The notes: generated by a model not told the origin, from the sequence alone. 64,000 bases of DNA from an uncultured Verrucomicrobiae bacterium (GCA_963806855.1 CAWDYW010000003.1:32001-96000), one strand, 5' to 3'. Shown: positions 19,872 to 29,633, numbered from the stretch's first letter. Made by a program: numbers and translations.

Positions 19872-21260
19872 TTAGCAAATGACCTTGTTGTTGTGGATTG
19901 CCTTGCGGAAGGCTCTGCCTAAGAAGATCGCGACTATTAGCCATGCGCCCAATAGCGGGAAGCAAATGATCCCGCTGAGGGTAAGGTAATAGGAGCGACC
20001 TAGTAGGGTGCCAAAGGCCGATTGCAAGGGGGCAAGGGACATGTTGAAGATCGAACCGGCCTGTTTGGATGTGCGCGATCCAAAGGTCTCGATCCAGGCC
20101 TGAGCTTTAAAGCGGACATCGGGCGTAGTAGGGATGTAGAGCTGCTTAAGGGCTGGGCCGTTGAGGGCATAGTTGATCGCTTTTGATCCTACCATCAGAG
20201 CAAAGAGGAATGAGAGGGTGTCGAAGCTTAAAAACCCAACAAGAGCGAGCCCTACGATAATGGGCATAGCTGCTAAGGCAACACCCACTCCGAGAAATCT
20301 GGTAATATTGCTAATCCCTAGCAGTAGGCAGGCCAAGGAGATGATGTTAACGCTCGATCCATAGAGGCTTAAATAATTGCTAAGGGCAACTCCAGTATAT
20401 TTTGTCCCAGCGGCAATTTTGAAGTTAAAGTCAAAGATGGTCACCACTACTTCATAAATGAAATTGGCTGAAAAAATTGCCAGCAGATAACGGTTCTTCA
20501 GGAGGAGCTTTAATCCTTCCAAGAAGCCGGGCTCTTGCTGTTTGGTTTCTGTTTTTTCATTTCCCCCATGGAATGAAGTGAGCAGATTTTTCGGCGTTGC
20601 CTTTAAAAAACTGCGGGTAAGGGGGATGATGAGTAGGGTGAGAATTCCTAAACAAACCATCGATAGGCAATCTGTTTTGCAATTTAAGCGGTGAGGCATT
20701 CCGCCAATTCCATAGGGGAAAATGATCCCTCCGATTTGACCTAAGGCCACGACGAGGGGAAAACCTCTTTTTGCTGATGTGGGTTCGGTGGTATCTGCAG
20801 CAAAGGCCCAAAAAAGGGCGACGACAAGGGAGCCAAAGCTCTCGACGAATAGGTACCAAGAGTATCCAATGATTTTTGATGAAATCGCAGAGCTTTCGGT
20901 TGGCGCTGCTTGGAAAATTGGGATCAAAGCGCTAAAGCATAAGATCGCTAAGCCATAAAAGGTGGGGAGGATAAGGAGCATTTTTTCTTTCGAGGTCTTC
21001 TCAATTAACCTGGTGTAGAGCATCACTAGAGGCAATAGAGCGATGACCGAAATCGTTTTAGCAAAGGGGAGCTGGAACTTATCGACGAGCTGGATGAAGA
21101 CCGCGTCCTTTAGGGGGCGGAGGGTCCAGTAGACGCCGATAATTAAGGCAAAAATGGCCCCCATTCTTAGATATTTTTTAAATTCTTCATACTCAAATGC
21201 TCCGAAGTTGAGCTGACAAGCTTTTTGGAAAAATCGAATTAAACTGCTTTGTTTATCCAT
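19872..21260 (-). CDS. Nucleotide transport protein (NTT/TLC, ATP/ADP translocase family)
   Basis: YWTLRPLKDAVF, LFWAFA..AKRGFP, KAINYALNGPALKQLYIP and KAQAWIETFGSR; about 12 TM segments. Confidence 0.9.
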   Translation of the reverse strand: MDKQSSLIRFFQKACQLNFGAFEYEEFKKYLRMGAIFALIIGVYWTLRPLKDAVFIQLVDKFQLPFAKTISVIALLPLVMLYTRLIEKTSKEKMLLILPTFYGLAILCFSALIPIFQAAPTESSAISSKIIGYSWYLFVESFGSLVVALFWAFAADTTEPTSAKRGFPLVVALGQIGGIIFPYGIGGMPHRLNCKTDCLSMVCLGILTLLIIPLTRSFLKATPKNLLTSFHGGNEKTETKQQEPGFLEGLKLLLKNRYLLAIFSANFIYEVVVTIFDFNFKIAAGTKYTGVALSNYLSLYGSSVNIISLACLLLGISNITRFLGVGVALAAMPIIVGLALVGFLSFDTLSFLFALMVGSKAINYALNGPALKQLYIPTTPDVRFKAQAWIETFGSRTSKQAGSIFNMSLAPLQSAFGTLLGRSYYLTLSGIICFPLLGAWLIVAIFLGRAFRKAIHNNKVIC

Positions 21261-21336
21261 AGAAATCACTCCTTTTCAAAACATAAGAATAATCCATTGT
21301 TATTTAATTGTATTAACTGTATATTTGATATTGGAT

Positions 21337-21351
21337 ATCGCAAATATCGAT
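21337..21351. promoter_or_regulatory. Candidate LysR binding box
   Basis: ATCG-N7-CGAT dyad containing T-N11-A in the NTT/LysR divergent gap. Confidence 0.55.
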
Positions 21352-21359
21352 TATAAAAT

Positions 21360-22235
21360 ATGGGGTCCTATATGGAAGAATTGCTTGTAGAGGAAAAACT
21401 CTTGCAGAAGATTGAACGTTCTTTAAAAAATTTGCGTATGGCTGATCTAGAGCTTTTTATTACGGCTGCTCAAATGAAAAATCTCGGTAAGTCTGCCTCC
21501 TTCCATCACTTAAGCCAAAGCGCCGCAAGTGCTGCGATTCAAAGAGTCGAATCGTCATTTGGAATCTCGCTCTGTACACATGAAAAACGGGCTTTTCGGC
21601 TTACTCCGGAGGGCCTAGTATTGCTTCCTCGCCTAGAGGAGTGGATGAGGCAGCTGCGCGATCTAATTGTCTCCGAAGATAAACGGCCGATCCGCTTGGT
21701 GAGCACTCACGCGATTGCTCAGATCGCAGTCCCTGCACTATTGTCGGATGAAAATATCGATTTTAAGCACATGCGCCCCGACCAATCATATGCCGCCATT
21801 TTGAGAGACGAGGCCGACATCGCCCTTGTGCCCGATAATTTACCTTGGAAAGGGGTGATTGCCAAGGAGATTGGGAGTGGCTGTTATCGCCTTTATTGCA
21901 AAGAGCCCAATATCCCGATTAAGCCTGTTTTGCTTCCAGAAGATCAAATGGAGGTGCTTGCGCTTCAACAGAGTTGGCAGCGGGTTTATGACTATCAATT
22001 GCCTATCAAAGCGCGTATACCCAGCTGGTCTCTGATCGCAAATATCTGCGCCAATTCATCTGAGATCGGATTTTTACCCGATTTTCTCGCCAGAAAATTT
22101 CATCTTCACCCTGTCTCATGGCAGCCGGCCGCCTCTCAATATCGAGTGCTGGCCCTCTATCGCCATGCGGACTCGGAAAGGCTGATTAGGCTCATCGCTA
22201 AACTGAGCGCTGTGTTTACTGAAAATGCTTATTGA
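21360..22235 (+). CDS. LysR-family transcriptional regulator
   Basis: HTH DLELF..SASFHHLSQSAASAAIQRVESSFG..LTPEG; ~290 aa with a substrate-binding domain. Confidence 0.88.
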   Translation: MGSYMEELLVEEKLLQKIERSLKNLRMADLELFITAAQMKNLGKSASFHHLSQSAASAAIQRVESSFGISLCTHEKRAFRLTPEGLVLLPRLEEWMRQLRDLIVSEDKRPIRLVSTHAIAQIAVPALLSDENIDFKHMRPDQSYAAILRDEADIALVPDNLPWKGVIAKEIGSGCYRLYCKEPNIPIKPVLLPEDQMEVLALQQSWQRVYDYQLPIKARIPSWSLIANICANSSEIGFLPDFLARKFHLHPVSWQPAASQYRVLALYRHADSERLIRLIAKLSAVFTENAY

Positions 22236-24604
22236 CTCTTTTTTGCGATCTTTCTACTTGAAGCCACATCCTCGAAATAATTACAGGCAAAGCTGGTCAA
22301 TTTGATGGCCTTTTCAAAATCCTCTCTCTCGATCAATTCTACCCTTCCTTCCAATCCATGTTTTTTCAAATAGATTTCTGCACGAGCTCTATCAGCTTTG
22401 CTTACACCAATTGCTTGAATATCCCTGCCTAACAAACAAGCTTTATGGGCTAAGAATTCTTGCAGTTGGGAGCGTACCAGCTGCATCGAATGGACAGTTT
22501 TTGAAGCTAGTAAGAGCGGATAAGGCCTCCGGAGATCTTCAGGGATCTCTTGAACAACAATGACATCGTTTTCAAGGGCATTCTTCAAATTCTCTAGGGC
22601 ATGCTCTGCTTTCCCAAACATGATTTGTTTATCATCGGAACGATAACCCAATAATTGCCAAAAACGAGGACTACAAAGCCCATAGCGATCATGCGGCATG
22701 TAAGCCCAATTAGCATCCGATTGTTTAAATTTGTTCCATTGAGTATGCATTCGATCTATAGCTGATTTTAGTCTTGTTTCATATTGCTGATATAAATGAG
22801 GAAATAAACTTCTGACACGGGAAATGCCAATGGAGAATCTGTTCCAATAAGAAGTATCATCATACAAAGAGCTCAACAATAAAGGTCCATTGAGTTTAGC
22901 TTCGATGCTTTTAAGAAATCGATCTAAGATGCCCCTAAAATTTTCCTCATTTATTTCCCGATTAAATTGCTCTGAATACGAACAAGCATCTTTTCCTTTA
23001 GAAAGAGAGGTCCCAGATATTTTGAATTGATTAATACAGTTCTTTTCGATTCCAGTTGCGAGTTCACCCGAATAAGGGATAACCCCCGATCTAGCCAATC
23101 GCCCATATGAGACCAAATGAAAGGCTGTCTTTGGAAGATTTTGAAGTAAAGCTGAATTTGTTCCATGGATGAAGGTGAATGGGAAGAGGGCAAGTAGATG
23201 ATCCTCAGCAACGACGACTTCTTTCGTATCTTTTATTTTTCCCCTCAGTTCTTTGGATATTTCTCCAAAAGCGAGAGCTTTCAATTGTGACTCTAAGGTA
23301 TCAAGTGCAGGACCAATTTGTTTCCGGACAATAGGGTTGATCGCAATTGTAAAAAGTAACTTGGCCTCTTCAAATGAATCCTCAGAAGGAACAAGAGTTG
23401 AATAAACTAAAATGCTCTTAAAATCAGCAATGAGTTGATTGAACTCGTCTATATCTTTTTGCTGAAGAGGATGACGCTGGAGCAGCTCTTTGTTCCTCTG
23501 TTTTAAATAGGCTACAAGCGTAAGACCATTCGCACTAATAAGAGCTTTAATCTCCTCTGGATCTTCTTTAGCTCTTATTTTTTCTTGACATTCGAGAAAT
23601 ACTCTTTTCCCTTGCTCGGATTGTGCCTGGTTTTGCTCTTCTCTTTTTCTTTGCTCGGAGATAATCGCCCTTTTCACTTTGTCCAGAGAAAATCTGCACA
23701 GATAATCCGTACGAAAATTCTTAAGTGCAGCCATAAACTCCATAAAGTAACTGAACTTAAAAAGAGATTTTGCATGAAAAGCGAGGAGAATATCTCTAAA
23801 GCCTCTTTTTATTTCCCGATATCTTTGTCTATCGCCTTCCTCACAATGTCCTGTAGAATGAAGCATCCGCTTATGCATCCTTTCCAGAAAGCTTTGAAGC
23901 TGGGGAAGGGCTTTTGTAAATTCTCTAGCGACTTCTTCAACATCTTCTCCGCCTCTTACATTACTGAGACATTCCTCAAATACCCGCTCCCCTTCTTCAG
24001 CTTGCAAGAGACTCCGCACCAATTGATCTGTCTTTTCTTGTTCTGCTCTACAGAGATTTAAACTGGGTTTCCAGATGAGGCTAAAAATGCCCGTTTGTTC
24101 TTGATTAGGAGCACTGTGAACAAGATGAATGGCACTTAAGAGTTGATAGAATTGCTTGGGATCCACCTTGCAGTTGCACGCCATTTCGTAGACATTATCT
24201 AAGGCTTCGTCATGATGGATATCTCCTTTTAGATAAAGGTTCTGACTATCGTAGCGGAGCATTTCCCAAAAGAGACGAATTTTTTCAGGAGATAGATTTG
24301 CTCTTCGCAATGCTTCAATTAGTGTTTCTTGATCGCTCCCTCTTTGGATTCCCTCAAAAGCAGTAGGAGCCGCAAAAGAGGAGGATGAGCCATTTTTAGC
24401 AATTTTCTTCCCTGTAGGATACAGGCGTAAAAACAGAAGAAATTCTTCCCAGGAAACGATATTTTCTATTTTGGGCTGGATAGATGGACGAAATTCTTCT
24501 GCAGTTTTGCAAGCTCGCTCGGTCTCCCCTTCTTCCTCAAGAGAAATGAGATCGACCACATTAGGGGCCCATTGTAATTCCGAAATAGCAACTAATTTAG
24601 ACAT
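22229..24604 (-). CDS. Hypothetical 791-aa protein, effector-like, with two helical repeats and an HGT motif
   Basis: Long AT-richer ORF; repeats GERVFEEC/GKRVFLEC; FIHGTNS motif. Confidence 0.75.
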   Translation of the reverse strand: MSKLVAISELQWAPNVVDLISLEEEGETERACKTAEEFRPSIQPKIENIVSWEEFLLFLRLYPTGKKIAKNGSSSSFAAPTAFEGIQRGSDQETLIEALRRANLSPEKIRLFWEMLRYDSQNLYLKGDIHHDEALDNVYEMACNCKVDPKQFYQLLSAIHLVHSAPNQEQTGIFSLIWKPSLNLCRAEQEKTDQLVRSLLQAEEGERVFEECLSNVRGGEDVEEVAREFTKALPQLQSFLERMHKRMLHSTGHCEEGDRQRYREIKRGFRDILLAFHAKSLFKFSYFMEFMAALKNFRTDYLCRFSLDKVKRAIISEQRKREEQNQAQSEQGKRVFLECQEKIRAKEDPEEIKALISANGLTLVAYLKQRNKELLQRHPLQQKDIDEFNQLIADFKSILVYSTLVPSEDSFEEAKLLFTIAINPIVRKQIGPALDTLESQLKALAFGEISKELRGKIKDTKEVVVAEDHLLALFPFTFIHGTNSALLQNLPKTAFHLVSYGRLARSGVIPYSGELATGIEKNCINQFKISGTSLSKGKDACSYSEQFNREINEENFRGILDRFLKSIEAKLNGPLLLSSLYDDTSYWNRFSIGISRVRSLFPHLYQQYETRLKSAIDRMHTQWNKFKQSDANWAYMPHDRYGLCSPRFWQLLGYRSDDKQIMFGKAEHALENLKNALENDVIVVQEIPEDLRRPYPLLLASKTVHSMQLVRSQLQEFLAHKACLLGRDIQAIGVSKADRARAEIYLKKHGLEGRVELIEREDFEKAIKLTSFACNYFEDVASSRKIAKKSQ

Positions 24605-24755
24605 TTCGCTCCTTTAACATAAACGTTATATAAAAAAATTGATTTATTGTATATAATAAAATTTATTTTAAATTCATCGAATTGGCAATCAGATGGGATA
24701 TAATGACCAAGGCTCTTCAGTGAGCGCTCAGTTTGATTTATGAATTTTCAGCTGA

Positions 24756-24812
24756 TATACCCGTTCCGTTTCAAAGGCACCCTAAGGGACCGCGCCAAAG
24801 CCTCGGGATATA
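24756..24812. repeat. Short F1-family element abutting the hisS stop codon
   Basis: TATACCCGTTCCGTTTCAAAGGCACCCTAAGGGAC...CGGGATATA. Confidence 0.8.
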
Positions 24813-24813
24813 G

Positions 24814-26097
24814 TTACTGCTTGCTAAGGAATTTCGATAATTCGGTCAGTTTCAAAGGGATTTCTTTTCGTGTGGCCAATTCTTTTAGTTGGATAGACTG
24901 GCTATTCAGCTCATCGTCGCCGAGAAATAGGGCGTAGGTTGCTCCGAGCTTCATGGCGTGTTCGAGCGATTTGCCCGGTTTTTTTCCATCCCAGTCGATC
25001 TCGGCTGCGATATTGTCATGCCGCAATTGGAAAACCAGCTGTGTGCAAATCTCTTTTGCCGCGGCGCCGATCGGGATCAGGAAGATCTGCGGTGCAGGAG
25101 GTTCGGGTAGTGGGACGTTTTGGCCGAGCATGGTCTGGATGATCCGCTCGATGCCGGCTGCAAATCCGACACAGGGCAAATCGGGTCCGCCGAGCATGGC
25201 CGGGAGACCATCGAAGCGACCGCCGCCACCAATGGCATTTTGTGCGCCTAGTTGGCCTGCTGTCACTTCGTAAACGGTTTTATTGTAGTAATCTAAGCCG
25301 CGGACGAGTTTGGGGTTGATTTCGTATTTGATCCCGAGGCCTGTGAGCAGGGTTTTGACACGATTGAAGTGGTCTGCAGCCTCTTCTGTGAGGAAGTCGG
25401 CCAGTTGAGGCCCATTTGCGACCAGTTTTTGATCTTGTGGATCTTTGGAATCGAGGATGCGGAGGACGTTTTTCTCAAAGCGGACTTTACTGTCTTCGGA
25501 AAGTTGATCGAAGTTTGGTTGTAAAAAGGCGCGTAGCGCTTGTCGGTAGTTCTCGCGGGTAGCGGCATCGCCGACGGAATTGAGCATCAAGTTTAGATCT
25601 TTGAGGCCGAGCCGGCGGGCGAGTTCGCAGAGTAGATCGATCGTTTCGACATCTTGTTCGGGAGAGGCGTTGCCGATGGCTTCGATGTCGAATTGGTGGA
25701 GCTGTCTGTAACGTCCGGCTTGGGGGCGCTCGTAGCGGAACATGGGGCCGATGCAGTAGAGCTTTTGCGGAAGGCCTTGCTGATAGAGCTGTTTCTCGAC
25801 AACGGCGCGCATTATGGGGGCGGTCGCTTCGGGGCGCAGGGTCATGAGGCGTCCAGCGCGATCCTCAAACGTATACATCTCTTTGGAGACAATGTCGGTC
25901 TCTTCGCCGACGCTGCGGACAAAGAGTTCGGTTCGTTCAAAGATCGGGGTGCGGATTTCCCGGTAGCCGTAGGTTTGAGCGAGTGTGCGGATGGTCTCTT
26001 CGAGGTAGAGCCACAGATGGGAGGAGCGCCACTTCCCTTCGGGATCGGGATCTTTAGGGAGAATGTCAAAAACACCTTTAGCGATTGAATATTTCAT
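24814..26097 (-). CDS. hisS: Histidyl-tRNA synthetase
   Basis: KEMYTF, LRPEATA, FRYERPQAGRYRQ, LVRGLDYY and GGGRFDG; start at the ATG at 26097 (the ORF extension to 26124 runs into a repeat). Confidence 0.97.
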   Translation of the reverse strand: MKYSIAKGVFDILPKDPDPEGKWRSSHLWLYLEETIRTLAQTYGYREIRTPIFERTELFVRSVGEETDIVSKEMYTFEDRAGRLMTLRPEATAPIMRAVVEKQLYQQGLPQKLYCIGPMFRYERPQAGRYRQLHQFDIEAIGNASPEQDVETIDLLCELARRLGLKDLNLMLNSVGDAATRENYRQALRAFLQPNFDQLSEDSKVRFEKNVLRILDSKDPQDQKLVANGPQLADFLTEEAADHFNRVKTLLTGLGIKYEINPKLVRGLDYYNKTVYEVTAGQLGAQNAIGGGGRFDGLPAMLGGPDLPCVGFAAGIERIIQTMLGQNVPLPEPPAPQIFLIPIGAAAKEICTQLVFQLRHDNIAAEIDWDGKKPGKSLEHAMKLGATYALFLGDDELNSQSIQLKELATRKEIPLKLTELSKFLSKQ

Positions 26098-26105
26098 GGA
26101 CGTGA

Positions 26106-26274
26106 TTATAACTCGATGTTCCACTTTTTTGGGATCGATTTCTTCAAGCTCTTGGCTCTATCCGGGCTGCGACCTTCGAGCCGGCGCTTCGCAGGCCTGT
26201 CTCGAAGGTCGCAGCCCGGATAGAACCAAGACCTTATTGAACTCGAGGCCAAAAAAGTGGAACATCGAGTATAA
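26106..26274. mobile_element. 169-bp palindromic MITE-like element (family F2)
   Basis: Perfect 22-bp outer arms ACTCGATGTTCCACTTTTTTGG and perfect 24-bp inner arms TCTATCCGGGCTGCGACCTTCGAG; TATA at both ends. Confidence 0.75.
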
Positions 26275-26286
26275 GGAATTGGGGTT

Positions 26287-26916
26287 TTAAAATCCCTTAA
26301 AAGGTTGATGGAGACTTAAGCCGGCGATGACGGCATCGATTTGTTTAAACCAGGAAGAAAGGGTGCTGGTTTTCGGGGCTGTTTGATATTCGGTATATAG
26401 TTTGGCGAGGATTTCGATGAAGGGAAAGGGAAGCCAGTCTTTGCCTGCATGCTGCACGAGATAATAGCCAAAACGATGCTCAGATTCTGGGGGATAGTTT
26501 TTCAGGCCGTTCATAAACTCCCGGAAACTGGCCACATCTTTCAGATTTTTTCTCTCCATGATTTCGATAGTGTCAAAATCTTCAAGTAAGATGCACCAAG
26601 TGTTGGAAAGTTCTGAGGCAAATTCTGCAGATTGACTCAGGTCTTTTTCACTTAACTTCTCGAGGAGTTTTTTGAAATGAAGGAGATTTTCGATCATTTT
26701 TTGCTGGTCGACTACTTTGCTTACTAATTGCTTGGACGGGGAAAAAGTGTCGAACATTTTCTTTAAATAGGAGAAAAATGTGGCAAGGAGAATCTGCTTT
26801 GTCTCTTTTGGAGGCTGTGGAGAGTATTTGTTCTCTTTCTTTTTATCCTCATTCCGAGAGACATATACCCCTTCGTCTCGAGGTCTATCAACACGATCTA
26901 GCGGCCTATCTACCAT
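26287..26916 (-). CDS. Hypothetical protein (helical; AGKDWLPFPF motif)
   Basis: Coherent ORF with AGGA RBS before the ATG at 26916. Confidence 0.7.
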   Translation of the reverse strand: MVDRPLDRVDRPRDEGVYVSRNEDKKKENKYSPQPPKETKQILLATFFSYLKKMFDTFSPSKQLVSKVVDQQKMIENLLHFKKLLEKLSEKDLSQSAEFASELSNTWCILLEDFDTIEIMERKNLKDVASFREFMNGLKNYPPESEHRFGYYLVQHAGKDWLPFPFIEILAKLYTEYQTAPKTSTLSSWFKQIDAVIAGLSLHQPFKGF

Positions 26917-26972
26917 CTCATTTCCTAATCTTTTCTTTAATATGGCGGTCGGCCCAATTCCTTGCAATAAAA

Positions 26973-27001
26973 TTGACTTTTGGCCGATGATGAGGTAAAA
27001 T
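26973..27001 (+). promoter_or_regulatory. Sigma66/70-type promoter for uhpC
   Basis: TTGACT-N17-TAAAAT, 26 nt upstream of the ATG at 27028. Confidence 0.7.
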
Positions 27002-27027
27002 GGACTATCCCTAATGGAGCGAACAAC

Positions 27028-28392
27028 ATGAAGTTTTTCTCCTTCTTAAAGCCCTCGCCTCCGATCGAAGAACTTAAAGATCAAGAGGTTGTAAAACAAA
27101 ATTATTCCTATTGGCGCTGGCGTACCTTCTATGGGATGTACATTGGCTATATTTTCTACTACTTTTCCCGTAAGAGTTTCACATTTGCCATGCCCGCCCT
27201 GATCCAAGAACTCGGATTCACAAAGGGGGATTTGGGGATATTGGCAAGTATTTTGTCGATTACCTATGGTGCAAGCAAATTTTTAAATGGGGTCCTTTCC
27301 GATCGAGCTAACCCACGCTACTTCATGGGATTCGGATTGATCATCACCGGTATGCTCAATATCTTTTTTGGTCTCTCCTCATCTATACTATTCTTTGCTA
27401 TTTTCTGGGGGCTTAACGGCTATTTCCAAGGCTATGGATGGCCGCCCTGCGCCCGCCTGCTGATGCATTGGTATTCACAGAAGGAGAGGGGAAGATGGTG
27501 GGGCTTCTGGAACACTTCTCACGGGGTCGGCGGTGCGATCATGGCTTTACTTGGAGGTTTTTGTGCCGAAACTTGGGGATGGCGCGTGGCGATGTATGTT
27601 CCTGGAGTGCTCTGTATCATCGCAGGTCTATTTATCATCAATCGGTTGAGAGACACTCCTCGATCACTTGGATTACCGATCATTGAAAAACATCGCAACG
27701 ATTATCCCGCAGAAAAAGTGGAAGAAGAGACAACTCTGACAACAAAGCAGATCCTCTTCCGACATGTTTTCAATAATAAATATATTTGGATTCTCGCCGC
27801 GTCTTACTTCTTTGTCTATGTCATCCGGACAGGGATTAACGATTGGAGTGCCCTATTCCTTGTTGAATCAAAAGGTTATTCGATTTTGACTGCCGGGGCC
27901 TGTGTCTTCTGGTTTGAAATCGGCGGAATCTTTGGAAGTTTAGCTGCTGGATGGGCGTCAGATCGAATTTTTAAAGGACGCAGAGGGCCTGTCAATGTGC
28001 TCTTTGGATTAGCCGTCATTTTTGCGCTCTTTGCATTCTGGGCCTCACCAGCAGGTATAGCCGTTCTCGATTCACTTTTAATGTTCGTCATCGGCTTCTT
28101 TATTTTCGGCCCGCAAATGTTGATTGGAATGGTCGCAGCAGAGATCGCCGGAAAAAACGCAGCCGGTTCGGCAAATGGATTTGTCAATCTGGTAGCTTAT
28201 ATTGGCGCTGCCACGGCTGGCTTCCCTCTCGGGATCATCTGTCAGAACTATGGCTGGGAAGGCTTCTTCACAGCTGTTGCCGCCTGCGGCGCACTATCGG
28301 TCTTCCTCCTTATCCCGCTGTGGAGAGTTGGGGCACGCCGAGCTGAGACTCCTGCCGTTGAAGTGGTCAAAAGCGACGCTACGGAAGCTTAA
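27028..28392 (+). CDS. uhpC: Hexose-phosphate MFS transporter (UhpC/GlpT family)
   Basis: YYFSRKSF, GWPPCAR, ERGRWWGFWNTSH and FGPQMLIG. Confidence 0.93.
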   Translation: MKFFSFLKPSPPIEELKDQEVVKQNYSYWRWRTFYGMYIGYIFYYFSRKSFTFAMPALIQELGFTKGDLGILASILSITYGASKFLNGVLSDRANPRYFMGFGLIITGMLNIFFGLSSSILFFAIFWGLNGYFQGYGWPPCARLLMHWYSQKERGRWWGFWNTSHGVGGAIMALLGGFCAETWGWRVAMYVPGVLCIIAGLFIINRLRDTPRSLGLPIIEKHRNDYPAEKVEEETTLTTKQILFRHVFNNKYIWILAASYFFVYVIRTGINDWSALFLVESKGYSILTAGACVFWFEIGGIFGSLAAGWASDRIFKGRRGPVNVLFGLAVIFALFAFWASPAGIAVLDSLLMFVIGFFIFGPQMLIGMVAAEIAGKNAAGSANGFVNLVAYIGAATAGFPLGIICQNYGWEGFFTAVAACGALSVFLLIPLWRVGARRAETPAVEVVKSDATEA

Positions 28393-28407
28393 CCTATCAA
28401 CGCAAAA

Positions 28408-28474
28408 TATACTCCCCGCCCAAAAATGCGAATTTGAACCGAGAGCTTTCGCGTAGGTCCAAATTCACACTTTG
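28408..28474. repeat. Family F3 palindromic element, left-arm copy (segment D')
   Basis: TATACTCCCCGCCCAAAAATGCGAATTTGAACC-GAGAGCTTTCGCGT-AGGTCCAAATTCACACTTTG; matches 31692-31750. Confidence 0.75.
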
Positions 28475-28484
28475 TCGACCAGTT

Positions 28485-28675
28485 GCCAAGATGCGAAATT
28501 GGGTGCCTCTATGAGATCTAACTCTATAACCAACAGAGATTATGACATCGAGGTTGTAGTGAGTAACTTGGTAATTTTTTCTATCGGCGGCAGTTAGCCG
28601 GAAATTCCGGCTAACTGAATTTTCTTCTAACTCATTCTCATTAAATATGTTATGTATATGTTCAGAAATGGTTCG
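28485..28675 (-). pseudogene. Internal fragment of a RhuM-family (virulence RhuM/Fic-associated DNA-binding) gene
   Basis: TISEHIHNIFNENELEENSVSRNFRLTAADRKNYQVTHYNLDVIISVGYRVRSHRGTQFR. Confidence 0.85.
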
Positions 28676-28700
28676 AAAGCTCTCGCGGTAAACATGTATC

Positions 28701-28746
28701 CGAATGCATACAACATAACATGAGCTAGTTAGACAAAGCAAACATC
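28701..28746 (-). repeat. Orphan copy (B') of the serine-hydrolase upstream/promoter segment
   Basis: 42/46 identical to 39621-39666. Confidence 0.8.
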
Positions 28747-28761
28747 GAGTGCAAAAGCCTA

Positions 28762-28791
28762 TTGACTCTACACACGCATAACGAGTATTAT
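28762..28791 (+). promoter_or_regulatory. Putative promoter of the ABC operon
   Basis: TTGACT-N18-TATTAT. Confidence 0.5.
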
Positions 28792-28874
28792 GCATCCCAA
28801 ATTTGAGTTTCGCTTAGCAATCTAACATTTCTCACTTCTTTTAGTTCGGGCACATTTAACTATTTGGTAATTTT

Positions 28875-29633
28875 ATGAATCAACCACTGATCCAAGTTCA
28901 GTCAGTAAAAAAGACATATCGAGACGGGAGTCATACTAAAGAAGCCCTAAAAGGGGTCTCTCTCGATATCCGCGAAGGCGAAATTTTGGGGCTCCTCGGT
29001 GTGAATGGCGCCGGGAAAACGACCTTGTCCACAATCTTAGCTGGGCTGCATCCATGCAATAGTGGGGATGTCCTCTACAAGGACAAGTCCATTTATGAGG
29101 ATATTGTTTCCTACCGAAAGATTGTGGGATTCTGTCCTCAAAAACCGAATCTTGACCTCGCACTCACCCTCGAGGAGAATCTCATTTTCGCTGGACGTTA
29201 TCATCTTATGTCTGCTGAGGATATCAAGTCTCAAATTGAGAGCTTGATGGATCAATTCCACTTGCGAGAATATGCGAAGTCTAAAGCCTCTGTTTTATCA
29301 GGGGGGTATAAACAACGATTTCTGATCGCGAGAACGCTGATTCATCGACCGAAGTTGATTATCCTAGATGAGCCAACGGTTGGGCTGGATCCACATATCC
29401 GGCATCAACTCTGGGAGCAGATCATGGACCTTAAGAAAAGCGGAGCATCGGTGCTTCTGACAACCCATTATCTTGATGAAGCTGAGCATTTATCCGATCG
29501 TGTCTGCATCATCGATGCCGGATCTGTCAAAACCATTGATACCCCCCAAAATCTAATGGAGCTTCATCAGAAGGGTCGATTGGAAGATGTATTCTTAAAG
29601 CTAATGAAGGAATCAGATTATGTGGAACAATAA
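28875..29633 (+). CDS. ABC-2 exporter ATP-binding subunit (NodI/DrrA-like)
   Basis: GVNGAGKT, LSGGY, ILDEPTVGLDP and TTHYLDEAE. Confidence 0.93.
   Translation: MNQPLIQVQSVKKTYRDGSHTKEALKGVSLDIREGEILGLLGVNGAGKTTLSTILAGLHPCNSGDVLYKDKSIYEDIVSYRKIVGFCPQKPNLDLALTLEENLIFAGRYHLMSAEDIKSQIESLMDQFHLREYAKSKASVLSGGYKQRFLIARTLIHRPKLIILDEPTVGLDPHIRHQLWEQIMDLKKSGASVLLTTHYLDEAEHLSDRVCIIDAGSVKTIDTPQNLMELHQKGRLEDVFLKLMKESDYVEQ

Noticed and set aside
28397..28795. 132-aa ORF as a real gene
   Set aside because: A chimera of the B' segment, the RhuM fragment and the F3 repeat.
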